The notes: generated by a model from the sequence alone, not told the origin. A stretch of DNA of 40,000 bases from Enhygromyxa salina (GCF_000737335.2 NZ_JMCC02000022.1:30242-70241), one strand, 5' to 3'. Counted from the first letter of the stretch, positions 10,328 to 20,025 are shown. Numbers and translations: made by a program.

Positions 10328-13300
10328 TCAGCTCCATCCCAAAAATTCCGCCAGCCGAGTCAGCACCGTCCGGCTGACCGTCGCGTCCAGCATCTGCTGG
10401 GGGAACAGCGGTGACCCCGTGTGAAGACAGGCCTGACAGCCGTCGACGCAGAGTCGCGCGCTGAGCCGGTAAACCTGATCACCGAGTCGAGCATCCGCCT
10501 CCAGCGATCCTTCCTGCGCCGCATCCTCGAGTTCGAGGTAGCAGCGGCGAAGCTGAGCCCAGCGCTGGACGCTGGGATCTCCGCCGCGGGCGAGCGCGAC
10601 GACCCGTCCTACCAGTTCCCAAGCCGTGGGGTCGCGGTCCATCTCGGCGCTCAACTGTTCGCGCACGGTCCGGACTTCTTGCTGGAGACTCCGGTAGGAA
10701 AAGCGCTCGCCGCCGATGTCCTCGCTGTCATACAGCACCCGGACGACCGATTGCATGATGTTGGCGTCGTCCTCGGGGTCGAGACCCAGCACGCCGGCTA
10801 GCTCTCCGATTCGGTCGGCAGATATCGGATCCCTCAACGACCACGTGTTTGCGAGATCTGCATCCTCGAGTAATCGCTCGAGGACCTCGTCCTCGCGCGC
10901 ATTCGGACACTCGAACAGCGCACCGGCACGCAGTTCGCCGAACGCGATGTCCAGGGTCTCGAGGAAGGTTCGCGTGGTTCCGTCTCCGTGCTCGCCGTCT
11001 TCGCAGACCACGATGACGTCATCGGCATCTTCACCGAACTGAATAGGCAGCTTGGTGTGAAACAGTACCCGTCGCGGATCGCCGGCACCGTGGATCGCGA
11101 ATAGCTGCTGCAGACGCATCGCTAGACCGTGCAGAGCGAGGGATCGCAGGTACTGGCGAAACCCCTGGTCGTCCTTGCAACCCGCGATTGCCTGAACGAG
11201 GAAACCCTGCATGCCGGCCAGGTGTGGTTTGGCCAACTCTTCAGCAATTCGAACGATCCGCTGCTCGGTGAGCAATGGGTGCAAAGACAGGTATTGAGTG
11301 TAGGTCTCGAGCAGCAACTGGCGAAAGTGGCCCACGTCCCAACGCCGAAGCAGCCGCTGGAGCTTTTCGTTGGTGTTCTCGAACGCGCGGGCGGTAACCA
11401 GCAGATCAGCGAGTTCGCGGGCCTGGAAGCGGTTCATACCGGCCTGCGGTGCGCCACTGAGAACGAGGAAGCGAAAGTACTGTCCTCGCAACCAGCGCCC
11501 ATCGCGGGTGCCCTCGATCCTGTCGAACTCATGTTCCACGAAACGATCCAATGTGTCTTGATCGAGGCGCAGCCGGACGCCCTCGGTGCTGACCTGATAG
11601 CCGTAGAGTTGAACGGCCGGCGCGGGTGCGCCACGCTTGTGGTGGGCCGCGTGTTGCTGGGCTTCGACGAAGGTCTGCGTGTGGATGAACTCCTCGCGTT
11701 TGAACGAATTGACATCGACGATGATGCGAGACTCGGCGCCCCAGTAGATCCGGGACACAGTCAAACCGGTGCCTTGTTCGGCGGCTCCGCTACCCTGGTA
11801 GGCGTAGAGTCCCGTCGTGAGCGGCTCGAGGGCGCCCACGGCGCGGGGCTGGCCCTGGTCCCGGCGGGCATTGCAGATGATGAAGCCGCTGAGGCTGCCC
11901 TGACTCTTGGGGTTGATCCCAGGATGCTCCTCGGCTGACGAGGTGAGGTCGACGAGCCGCGTCGTGGACCTGTCGTAGCCGACGAAGGGAGTCCACCCCG
12001 CACCGTCGAACCTGCCGAGCTTCTCGAGCCGGAGTTCGCTCGGACGAATTGCCGCGAGCACGACGTTGTCTCCGATCTCCTGGTGGAGGTAGCGAGGAAG
12101 CGCGAGCCGAAGTGCCGTCAGGCCACCGGGTATCGGTTCGAAGGTTTCGTGTTGCGAGCGGTGATCAACCGCAGCCCAGGGGGTGCGACCGCTGTGTGGG
12201 GTGACCCAGTGGGTGACGCCGAATCCGTAGCGACGCGTGGCCGTGCCCGGAGCACAGGTGGCCAGGGCAACGCCGATATCCTCTTCCTTACCAACCGGAT
12301 CATTGTTGTCGTCGATGAAGCTCACCCGGACCGCCGGCAGGTTAATGGTTTCGAATAGCTGGGTGGGCACTTCGGGGATCTGAGCGACCCAGCAGGCCAG
12401 ACCGGTTGTCGCAGGATTGCTGATCTTCGGCCTGACCTGTGCCCAGAGCGCCTGCAGATCCGTGATGCCCATATCGACGAAGACTCGCTCGCCGAAAATA
12501 TCGCGGATCATGATCATGGCTTCTGCGAATACGTGTGCGGGCAAATTCGGCGACGGGTCTTGTCGATAGTGGTGATTCCGCGCCGCGGCGTCCAGGAGCG
12601 TGGCGATGAGTTGACCGCGGCGAACGAAGAAGTTGCGCATGTTCAGGGGCACGCGAAAGCTCGCCGCCTCGAGCATGCGTTCGGGTCGTCGAAAGAACCA
12701 CGTGTCCCGCGGGCTGTAGACCGAGAGGGTAACGCCGGTCACGGGACGATCGTCCGCGCCGCGACCACCGCGCCCCTTTCGCTGCACGAAGCTCGCCGCG
12801 TTCAGGGGCGCATAGTGCTGAAACACGAGGCTCATCTCGGGGTCGTCGAAACCGACCTCGAGCGAGGACGTGGCGAATACCACGTCGCTGCTTCCGATCA
12901 TGTCATCCACGCGTTCCTTGGTCCCGGAGAACACCGGGCTTTGACACACGGAGAGACTCTGGCCGGCTTCATATGCACCATTGGCGGTCTCCTGGTGGGG
13001 GTCCCGGGCCGCGAAGAACCAGCACTCCCCATCGACGAATCGGCTGCAGGTCTCGGGGTGGCCGCAGCACTCGCGGCGGGGCGTGGACTCCGGGGGAACA
13101 GTGCCGTACCGACTCGTACGCAGCCGAGCGAGGCGATTGTTCCGCTCCGCGTCGATGTAGTCACCGTGCAAGCGTTTGACTTTGTCGATGGAGTCGAGGA
13201 ACGCGAGCGCTCGATAGCCCCCACGATTGCCCCGACGGCGTCGCATCCCATGGGCCAGACACATCAACGACTGGATCGTGGTCGAGGCGCCGGCCACATC

Positions 13301-16300
13301 CTTGCCGCGCGACTCAATCTCGGGCTGGACGAAGTAAAAGTACTCGCGCGAGCGTGGATTGGGCTCTCGCTCCTCGGGTGTGGGAGAGATTTGCGTCACT
13401 GGCCCGCAGCCGCACAACTCTTCCCAGACACGGCCGGGCTCCCCGAGGGTGGCGCTCATCCCGACAGCGAGGGGGCGGTCTTGCGGGTCGCGGCTGTTGA
13501 TGCGCAACCGAGCCAGCAGCCGACGTAGCGCATAGCCGACCTGGGCGCCTTGAATGTGCGAGTAGATATGGATCTCGTCAGCGAGCACGGCGCGTGGAGG
13601 GAGAACACCCCTGGCGTCTCCGAACAGGCGACCACGCCATTGGCTGTGAAGCCAGCTGTGCAGAGATTCGGTGGTCGTGATGAAGATGCTGGTGTCGACT
13701 TTGCCCAGGCTCCGCTTGGATCCGACCCAGCCCGCAAAAGACCAGCCGCAACGCCGACAATGCAGGTGATCCGGCTGGTGAGTGTCCGGCGTGGGTGTCA
13801 GCAGCAAGTCCCCCCCACACTCGCCTTCGGGGCAAGGGAACAGCGGAAAGGCATAGCGCGATCCTACGCGCTTCCAGTGGGCGCCGAGTTCCCCATCGAA
13901 GTTACTGGGGACCTCGCTGTTTTGCACTCCCAGGGTCAGTGTGGGCATCCCGTCTTGTCGGGCCAGGGCAGCGAGATAGCCGGCGAGCCGTTGTGCCTGG
14001 TTGTTGGCGAGGCGGATACGCGGATAGACCAGCACGCAACGAGTCCCGGTCACGCCCTCGAGCGCATCGATGGCTGAGGCAATGATGAGAGGCAGAGCGG
14101 CGGCCTCGGTCTTGCCCGATCCGGTGTCAGCGGTAATCACGAACGAGCGAGTCTCGCTACGTCCGAACCAGGCTGGAAGCACCTCCAACAGAGCGCGAGA
14201 CTGAAAGCCGGTCAGCAGCGGGTCGTCGACCATCCAACGCTCGCTGAGCATCTGACCGGCGCCACGCAGGACCCGGACCGTGGTTGGATCGCTTCCGAGG
14301 AGTTCCTCGAGCGTCGTCAGCGTTCGGCTCAGTGGCTGGTTGCGGGTGGGCTTGGAGCGATCAACGAAGCGCACCTTGGTCGCGCGCACCAAGAAGGGTC
14401 GGTTTCCGGCGTCGTCTTCTCGGAAGCGCTGCTTGATGTAGCGAAGCTCGCGGGCAAGCTCGGCCGCGCGGCTGCGCATGCGGCCATCGTCGAGGCTCAT
14501 CAGCCATCCGTCTTGACGCAGGCGCCGGAGTACGGGGGCGAGCTCGGTGGCCGATCGGTGGGTGATGCTGGCGAGCTCGGCAGGGTGAACCCAGGCCTCG
14601 TAGACCCCAAAGTTGATGCGCCCCTGCTCGAGATTCTCGAGACTGTTGAGCACCTCGAAGTCAGATTCGGAGGGGACCTCGGGCAGAGGCAGGCGCTCGA
14701 CAGGCTTCGCCTCCTGTTGCCGGGCCACCGTCAGGTCGAGGGTGCGCCGTCCTTTGTCGTTGGCTCCCCATTCCAGCACACCTTCGACAACCAGCGCATC
14801 GACGAGGGGCTCGAGCCGGTCCTCACCATCCAGGTCGAGCCAACAAAAGTGATCGCGAACGATGAAGTAAAAGGGGGCGTACCTGCCATGACGCAGCGCA
14901 CCGAGCAGGCCTTGGATGTGGTTGCGGACCGACTCGAGATCACAGGGGAGCGGCCGCTGAGCGGGATCTCGGGGCTTGGCCGTCCAAAACGGGCCGTAGG
15001 GGCCATCCTTGAGTCGAATCACGACCATACCCAGCTCGAACAATTTCAGCAGCCCTTCGTGGATCTCCTGCTGAGTCCTCGACAGCGCCTTCGTCAGGGC
15101 AAAGCTCGCCGCTGATTTATGCTTGCTGGTCTTCGCTAGCCGACGGATCGCATCGAGCAATTCCGTGAGTACTGGGTCGAGCGCGCCTTCGTCGGGTGGG
15201 GGCTCGGACGGGACTTGTGTCGCGTCGACCTCGAGATTGGCTGCGTCGTCAAATCGTCGGACTCGCACGGTCAGCGGAACCGAGGCACCCGCGGGCCCCA
15301 TCACCGACCAGGTCGCCACCTCTTGAGTCTCGTACACGAAGTTTCGCAGCACCTGGGCCTGCTCGAACAGCTCGTCGTCTTCAGGCACCACGCTGAGCAA
15401 CTGTCGCGCCACTACCAGGATGAGCTTGGTGCGTGCGCGTGTGATCGTGACGTTGAAGCGCTCCGGACTGAAGATGAAGCTCGCCTCCATCTTGGCAAAC
15501 TCGGGATCGGAGACGGTGTAGCAAGCAACAATCGCGTCTCGCTCTCGCCCCTGAATACGATCGACGGTCTCGACGACGCAGTCCTCGCCAAACCCCGTGG
15601 CGCGGATCAGCGTACGAAGCAGGGCGTTTTGGGCCCGGTGCGGCGAGACCACTGCGAGCCGTTGATTCCAGAAGGTTTGCGACGAGAGTTCGTCCTCGCG
15701 GTCCGGGGGGACCATGCGCGCCCGCAGCCGAGCCACGAGCCCCGCCGCGATACGCGCCTCAAACTCGTTGGAGGTTCCGCAGAGTGGGCCGCTGTACAGT
15801 AGTATGCAGACCGGGTTGTCCGGGTCGAGAGCGTGCCGCTCCCAATCTTGCAGACCCAGTTCCCAGCTCTCATGAAGCGCGAGGCGCTTGCTCTTGACCT
15901 CGGCGACGGACTCGTAACGGCCTTCGTAGAACACCTGCGCGGGGTATTCGGACAGCAGCTGGTTGAGCCGGAATGTCTCCGTTAGCGGAAATACCTCGAT
16001 GCCGGCGTGCTTGAGAAAGCCGTAGAGGCTCGAGCCCAGGCGTAGGCCATCGATTTCACGTTCGTGGGTCTCGCGGACTGGAGCGAGTTGCTTGTCATCA
16101 CCGGCGACGAGCACCCGTCCCTGCGGCGCCAGCCCAGCGATGCTGAGCAGCCCCTGACTGATGACCATCTGCGAGGCCTCGTCGATGCACACGAGATCGA
16201 AGAGCGGGGCCGTCGGGCCCTGGGCCTCGGCGAGCCTACCTCGCTCGATCGCCCGAAATAGTCCCCAGCCGGTTGCGCCGATCACCACATACTCGGAATT

Positions 16301-16771
16301 GAGGGCCTCTCGGAGGTCTTCCGGCTTAATGACCTCCACACCGTCGGGAAGAGACTGGTCGGGCTCGTGGCCAAGCCAGATCATGCGAATTGGGCCCCTG
16401 GCATGGATCGCTCGCTTCCTCACCGCCTCGAGCAAGTTGGCGATCGAGTTGCGCGTGAAGCCGGTGACGTAGACTCGACATGGCCGCCCGGCCGCTCGAC
16501 GACCTTCGAGATAGCCCAGCGCCATCCACGATAGGGCGAATGTCTTGCCGGTACCTGGGGGCCCGAGGATCAGCGAAGTGCGGTGTTTGGCGATGCCCTC
16601 CCAACCGCGCTGCTGAGCTTCACGCAGAGAGAACTCGGACTGGTTGCCGATGATGGCTTCGCGGGCGAAGGCCAGCCCGGCTAGCCAGTCTCGCTGCGAT
16701 TCCTCTGATACGTCGTGGGCAAACTCCAGTGGCCGACGCAGGAAGGTGCGCAAGTCGTCTCGAACCGTCAT
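10328..16771 (-). CDS. Giant dual-helicase protein (2147 aa): N-terminal SF1 Upf1/DNA2-like helicase, then an SF2 DEAD/DEAH (DEIH) helicase with Zn-ribbons and a DUF1998/MrfA-like C-terminal Cys cluster; DpdJ-like
   Basis: SF1 part: Walker A GPPGTGKT (nt 16541-16564), VCIDEASQM, VAGDDKQLAPV, VDRIQGRERDAIV, NVTITRARTKLILV. SF2 part: TGSGKT (nt 14108-14125, aa 883-888), DEIH (nt 13568-13579), SATL, FATSSLEVGFDDPEMSLVFQHYAPLNAASFVQRKGRGGR. Zn-ribbon-like CPEGECGG...HCRRCGW and ECCGHPETCSRFVDGEC are present. The C-terminal motif CVDGCQACLH lies at about nt 10420-10450. Confidence 0.85.
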   Translation of the reverse strand: MTVRDDLRTFLRRPLEFAHDVSEESQRDWLAGLAFAREAIIGNQSEFSLREAQQRGWEGIAKHRTSLILGPPGTGKTFALSWMALGYLEGRRAAGRPCRVYVTGFTRNSIANLLEAVRKRAIHARGPIRMIWLGHEPDQSLPDGVEVIKPEDLREALNSEYVVIGATGWGLFRAIERGRLAEAQGPTAPLFDLVCIDEASQMVISQGLLSIAGLAPQGRVLVAGDDKQLAPVRETHEREIDGLRLGSSLYGFLKHAGIEVFPLTETFRLNQLLSEYPAQVFYEGRYESVAEVKSKRLALHESWELGLQDWERHALDPDNPVCILLYSGPLCGTSNEFEARIAAGLVARLRARMVPPDREDELSSQTFWNQRLAVVSPHRAQNALLRTLIRATGFGEDCVVETVDRIQGRERDAIVACYTVSDPEFAKMEASFIFSPERFNVTITRARTKLILVVARQLLSVVPEDDELFEQAQVLRNFVYETQEVATWSVMGPAGASVPLTVRVRRFDDAANLEVDATQVPSEPPPDEGALDPVLTELLDAIRRLAKTSKHKSAASFALTKALSRTQQEIHEGLLKLFELGMVVIRLKDGPYGPFWTAKPRDPAQRPLPCDLESVRNHIQGLLGALRHGRYAPFYFIVRDHFCWLDLDGEDRLEPLVDALVVEGVLEWGANDKGRRTLDLTVARQQEAKPVERLPLPEVPSESDFEVLNSLENLEQGRINFGVYEAWVHPAELASITHRSATELAPVLRRLRQDGWLMSLDDGRMRSRAAELARELRYIKQRFREDDAGNRPFLVRATKVRFVDRSKPTRNQPLSRTLTTLEELLGSDPTTVRVLRGAGQMLSERWMVDDPLLTGFQSRALLEVLPAWFGRSETRSFVITADTGSGKTEAAALPLIIASAIDALEGVTGTRCVLVYPRIRLANNQAQRLAGYLAALARQDGMPTLTLGVQNSEVPSNFDGELGAHWKRVGSRYAFPLFPCPEGECGGDLLLTPTPDTHQPDHLHCRRCGWSFAGWVGSKRSLGKVDTSIFITTTESLHSWLHSQWRGRLFGDARGVLPPRAVLADEIHIYSHIQGAQVGYALRRLLARLRINSRDPQDRPLAVGMSATLGEPGRVWEELCGCGPVTQISPTPEEREPNPRSREYFYFVQPEIESRGKDVAGASTTIQSLMCLAHGMRRRRGNRGGYRALAFLDSIDKVKRLHGDYIDAERNNRLARLRTSRYGTVPPESTPRRECCGHPETCSRFVDGECWFFAARDPHQETANGAYEAGQSLSVCQSPVFSGTKERVDDMIGSSDVVFATSSLEVGFDDPEMSLVFQHYAPLNAASFVQRKGRGGRGADDRPVTGVTLSVYSPRDTWFFRRPERMLEAASFRVPLNMRNFFVRRGQLIATLLDAAARNHHYRQDPSPNLPAHVFAEAMIMIRDIFGERVFVDMGITDLQALWAQVRPKISNPATTGLACWVAQIPEVPTQLFETINLPAVRVSFIDDNNDPVGKEEDIGVALATCAPGTATRRYGFGVTHWVTPHSGRTPWAAVDHRSQHETFEPIPGGLTALRLALPRYLHQEIGDNVVLAAIRPSELRLEKLGRFDGAGWTPFVGYDRSTTRLVDLTSSAEEHPGINPKSQGSLSGFIICNARRDQGQPRAVGALEPLTTGLYAYQGSGAAEQGTGLTVSRIYWGAESRIIVDVNSFKREEFIHTQTFVEAQQHAAHHKRGAPAPAVQLYGYQVSTEGVRLRLDQDTLDRFVEHEFDRIEGTRDGRWLRGQYFRFLVLSGAPQAGMNRFQARELADLLVTARAFENTNEKLQRLLRRWDVGHFRQLLLETYTQYLSLHPLLTEQRIVRIAEELAKPHLAGMQGFLVQAIAGCKDDQGFRQYLRSLALHGLAMRLQQLFAIHGAGDPRRVLFHTKLPIQFGEDADDVIVVCEDGEHGDGTTRTFLETLDIAFGELRAGALFECPNAREDEVLERLLEDADLANTWSLRDPISADRIGELAGVLGLDPEDDANIMQSVVRVLYDSEDIGGERFSYRSLQQEVRTVREQLSAEMDRDPTAWELVGRVVALARGGDPSVQRWAQLRRCYLELEDAAQEGSLEADARLGDQVYRLSARLCVDGCQACLHTGSPLFPQQMLDATVSRTVLTRLAEFLGWS

Positions 16772-19020
16772 CCGGCCCCCTCACTCAGGTAGCGCAGGAG
16801 GGTTTCCATGCGAGCTGTGTTGACGTCGACATGACCCTTGTCCAGGAACCAGCCAGCGGTCGGTGTGTCCCGCATCAGTCGGCGCATGGTCTGGCTCGTC
16901 CAGGCTTTCTTCCAGATCTTCACGCGCAACCGACTGGGATCGGCGCCGGACAGCAACTCGACCGTGCATTCGGGCCAGCGCGAAGGGTCCATGCGCAGGT
17001 CCGGGTCGTCGTCGGTGAGGATTAGGCCCAGGCTACCCGGTGAGATCTCGGCCTGGCGGCTCTCAGGCGGCACCAAAAAGTCCAGGATTGCGCCCCCACT
17101 CCGATTTTTCGCTTCACGAAGCTCGAGATTGGCGTAGCAGCGCAATCGCTCTCGGCGTTCCTCGGACGGGCGGGCCAGATCGATCAGCGCGCCGAGACGC
17201 TCCGCTCGACTTTGAAGTAACTCCTGGGCGAGCAGCACGTCGAGGTCGATGGCTTCGAGCGGGTGAAACTGCTCTTGAAAGCGAAACGGCGGCTTGCGCA
17301 GGCGCAAGAAATCGTGGCCCGACTGCGCGTTGTCGTCGAGTATCCACTGACAGAGGCTCTGCATCGCGCGGAGTCGAGCGATCGCATCCTGTTGCGTGGC
17401 TTCGACCCACTGAGGCTTGTCGCCGAGTTGTCGCATCACGTCGATGGACAGGCGTGCGGAGAAGGGCCGTGTGAAGGGCGGCCCTGGAAGATACGGGCTC
17501 TTCAATGGAGGTGTCGCCTCGGCCAGGGCTCGGCTTACCCGCGCGAGGTCGTAGGAGACCTTGGCCGGAAGCACGTACAGCTGCTCTATCACGCTGCGCA
17601 AGGCACTAGCCGGCAAGTGATGGGCCCCGCGATACTCAGGCTCGGGTGCGCGGACTTCCTCTGGTGGAAACAGGCGCACGAGATGAATGAGGCCCGAACG
17701 AATATCGCTGTCGTCGAGGTGAGTGGCGAGAGTGTCGCGGAGGTCGTTTGCCTCCGACGGTTCGTAGACGAAGATGTGCATGCGCAGGCCCTCCGTAGTA
17801 GGGAGACGCTGGTTGTGCTCGTGGAGCTCTTGCAGGACATCGATGAGGCCACGCAGCACGCGGGTGAGCGCCGGCAATTCATCTGTAGGCCGAGTCACTA
17901 CCTCGACCACCGGTGGCCTGGCCCGCTTGCCGCCTACAAGACAACCGATGGTCACAAGGTGAGCGGCGACCGGGTCCCGATCCACGACGAGGAAGATAGG
18001 CACGTCGATTTGTGGCGGCATCAACCAGGTGTGGTGTTCGGGTAGGCGGCACCACTGCCTCGAGAGCAACGCCTCAGCCCTGTTCTTGAGCAGCTTGCCT
18101 CGGGTGCGCAGCGTCCAGGTGTCATCGCCCAGGTGAGACGCGCGGGCGACAGCGCCGAGTGTTCGCAGACCATTACGATGAAGCGCGGCCTTGGACTGGT
18201 GGGAGAGTCCCGGTATTGCGGATATGTCCCAGTCTTCCCGAGGCCGATCGTCAGCGATGGCCTTGTCGCAATGCTGCAACCACTTACACTGCTCGCATTT
18301 GAAGTAGAGATGAAAGAAAGTCTGGTCTGACCCGCTGCCGATCTTTGTCTGGCTGATGGAACCGAGTTGGCGGCGAAAGAAGTCGCGCAATAGCTCCTCG
18401 TGGCTGCGGAGATCAAACAGACCTCTCTCCGCCTCCCATAGCGGGCCTCCGTCCGCGCCGATAGACCAGATGTTGGCCTGACGATGGATCGGCGGCTCAT
18501 TGATTCCCAGTGAAGCGAATACTCCGCGCAACATCAGTGCGTAGAAAGCGACCTGTGCGCGATGATACTGGGTCGGGCGCCGGGTGTGTTTAACGTCGAT
18601 AATTCTGAGGCACCGCTGCTTCCCCTCGCCCACCCACTCCATGAAATCCGGTAGGCCAGAGCGTATGGAGACGTGCTCAGGGAGTTGAAGATCGCGTCGC
18701 AAGGATGGAGTCTCATCGAGCTTGGCCTGGTAGATGAGCCTCGCTGGATGTTCTCCGCGCAAGAATGCGGCGGTCAGCCCCGGGGGCACGTGAAGACTCC
18801 CACCGTTCGGGCGCAGGATGGACTCGCCCCGCTCGCGCAGTCGTCGGAGTACGTCTTCCTCGAAACGGACGCCCTCCTCCCTACGGATGCTGCGGTCGTC
18901 GACCTCGTGCACGGGGACGGCGTCCCTGACCTCACGCGGAAGGGTCGCGTAGATCAACCTGCGCTCACAACGATACTGAAACCAATCCTTGATGTCGCTC
19001 GCGCGGATTTCCATTTTCAT
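16768..19020 (-). CDS. PD-(D/E)xK nuclease, RecB/Cas4-like, resembling the TM0106 family (750 aa); candidate effector nuclease
   Basis: The N-terminal third carries GLPDFMEW...CLRIIDVKHTRRPTQYHRAQVAFYALML (D...DxK...QxxxY; IIDVK at nt 18589-18603), followed by the Cys cluster CEQCKWLQHC. Its stop overlaps the start of the 2147-aa gene (ATGA at 16768-16771). It is the first gene of the minus-strand operon. Confidence 0.65.
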   Translation of the reverse strand: MKMEIRASDIKDWFQYRCERRLIYATLPREVRDAVPVHEVDDRSIRREEGVRFEEDVLRRLRERGESILRPNGGSLHVPPGLTAAFLRGEHPARLIYQAKLDETPSLRRDLQLPEHVSIRSGLPDFMEWVGEGKQRCLRIIDVKHTRRPTQYHRAQVAFYALMLRGVFASLGINEPPIHRQANIWSIGADGGPLWEAERGLFDLRSHEELLRDFFRRQLGSISQTKIGSGSDQTFFHLYFKCEQCKWLQHCDKAIADDRPREDWDISAIPGLSHQSKAALHRNGLRTLGAVARASHLGDDTWTLRTRGKLLKNRAEALLSRQWCRLPEHHTWLMPPQIDVPIFLVVDRDPVAAHLVTIGCLVGGKRARPPVVEVVTRPTDELPALTRVLRGLIDVLQELHEHNQRLPTTEGLRMHIFVYEPSEANDLRDTLATHLDDSDIRSGLIHLVRLFPPEEVRAPEPEYRGAHHLPASALRSVIEQLYVLPAKVSYDLARVSRALAEATPPLKSPYLPGPPFTRPFSARLSIDVMRQLGDKPQWVEATQQDAIARLRAMQSLCQWILDDNAQSGHDFLRLRKPPFRFQEQFHPLEAIDLDVLLAQELLQSRAERLGALIDLARPSEERRERLRCYANLELREAKNRSGGAILDFLVPPESRQAEISPGSLGLILTDDDPDLRMDPSRWPECTVELLSGADPSRLRVKIWKKAWTSQTMRRLMRDTPTAGWFLDKGHVDVNTARMETLLRYLSEGAG

Positions 19021-19203
19021 CGTGGCAGTTCACGCCTCTGCGCGAAGTTTCGCCAATAATACGAGTTCTTTCTGAGTGTGTCTCCTGGGTTCACAACCGT
19101 TAGCAACAGATTGACGCACGTTTGCCATGACGCTGGACCAAACGGCCCACTCGTCAGGGCTCGACGCGTCCGGATACAGCCCAGTTTCTCAACCACTTGA
19201 TCT
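19021..19203. promoter_or_regulatory. Divergent intergenic control region between the nuclease/helicase operon (-) and the folE2-dpdA-dpdB operon (+)
   Basis: This 183-nt non-coding gap is the only sizeable one in the island and is noticeably AT-richer than its surroundings (for example ccaataatacgagttctttctgagtgtgt). It contains TTGACG at about 19110 and two gttcac words. I could not place convincing -35/-10 pairs. Confidence 0.5.
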
Positions 19204-20025
19204 ATGGTACGAAACCCGGCTATGCAGGACGTCCAGGGCCTACCAGACGACCGAGAAATCCCGATCGACCGCGTCGGCGTCGCGGGTCTCAACCACCCGA
19301 TCGTCGTCCTCGACCGCCGCTCGGAGAAGCAGCGGACCGTGGGAGCGTTCACGATGTCCGTTTCGCTGCCCCGGGAGCAGAAGGGCACGCACATGAGCCG
19401 GTTCGTGGAGGTCCTCAACGACCACCACGGAGAAGTGACGATGCGCACGGTTCCAAAGATCTTGCGAGATCTCCAGGATCGGCTTGGCGCATCCTCCGCA
19501 CAGATTGAAGTCACGTTCCCCTACTTCCTCGAGCGCGCGGCGCCGGTGAGCGGGGCGACGGCGCTCATGGACTACTCGTGCGCGTTCATCGGTGAGCTTC
19601 GCGAGGACCACGATGATTTCGTCCTCCGCGTGCGGGTGCCAGTGACCAGCCTATGCCCTTGCAGCAAGGCTATCTCGGAGCGAGGTGCTCACAATCAACG
19701 GGGCTACATCACGATGTCCGTTCGGACGAACACCGACAGTTCGGGAGATCCGCAGCTCGTGTGGATCGAGGAGCTGATTCAGGTCGCCGAGCAGTCTGCG
19801 TCGGCTCCCGTATATCCGTTGCTCAAGCGTCCGGACGAGGCCCACGTGACCGTGCAAGCGTACGACAATCCAGTCTTCGTCGAGGACATGGTTCGCAACG
19901 TCGCTCGGCGACTGCAGGACGACCCACGAGTTTACTGGTTCGAGGTCCACGCCGAAAACCACGAGAGCATCCACAACCACTCGGCCTTCGCTCAGGTCAC
20001 GTGGTCTCGCACCGAGAATCAATGA
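19204..20025 (+). CDS. folE2: GTP cyclohydrolase IB (FolE2/GCYH-IB), the first step of 7-deazaguanine (preQ0) and folate synthesis
   Basis: N-terminus reads DVQGLPDDREIPIDRVGV. The metal-site motif is SLCPCSKAISERGAHNQRGY (CPCSK at nt 19654-19668). The length of about 270 aa is typical. An alternative start is ATG 19222. The stop overlaps the next start (ATGA at 20022-20025). Confidence 0.85.
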   Translation: MVRNPAMQDVQGLPDDREIPIDRVGVAGLNHPIVVLDRRSEKQRTVGAFTMSVSLPREQKGTHMSRFVEVLNDHHGEVTMRTVPKILRDLQDRLGASSAQIEVTFPYFLERAAPVSGATALMDYSCAFIGELREDHDDFVLRVRVPVTSLCPCSKAISERGAHNQRGYITMSVRTNTDSSGDPQLVWIEELIQVAEQSASAPVYPLLKRPDEAHVTVQAYDNPVFVEDMVRNVARRLQDDPRVYWFEVHAENHESIHNHSAFAQVTWSRTENQ

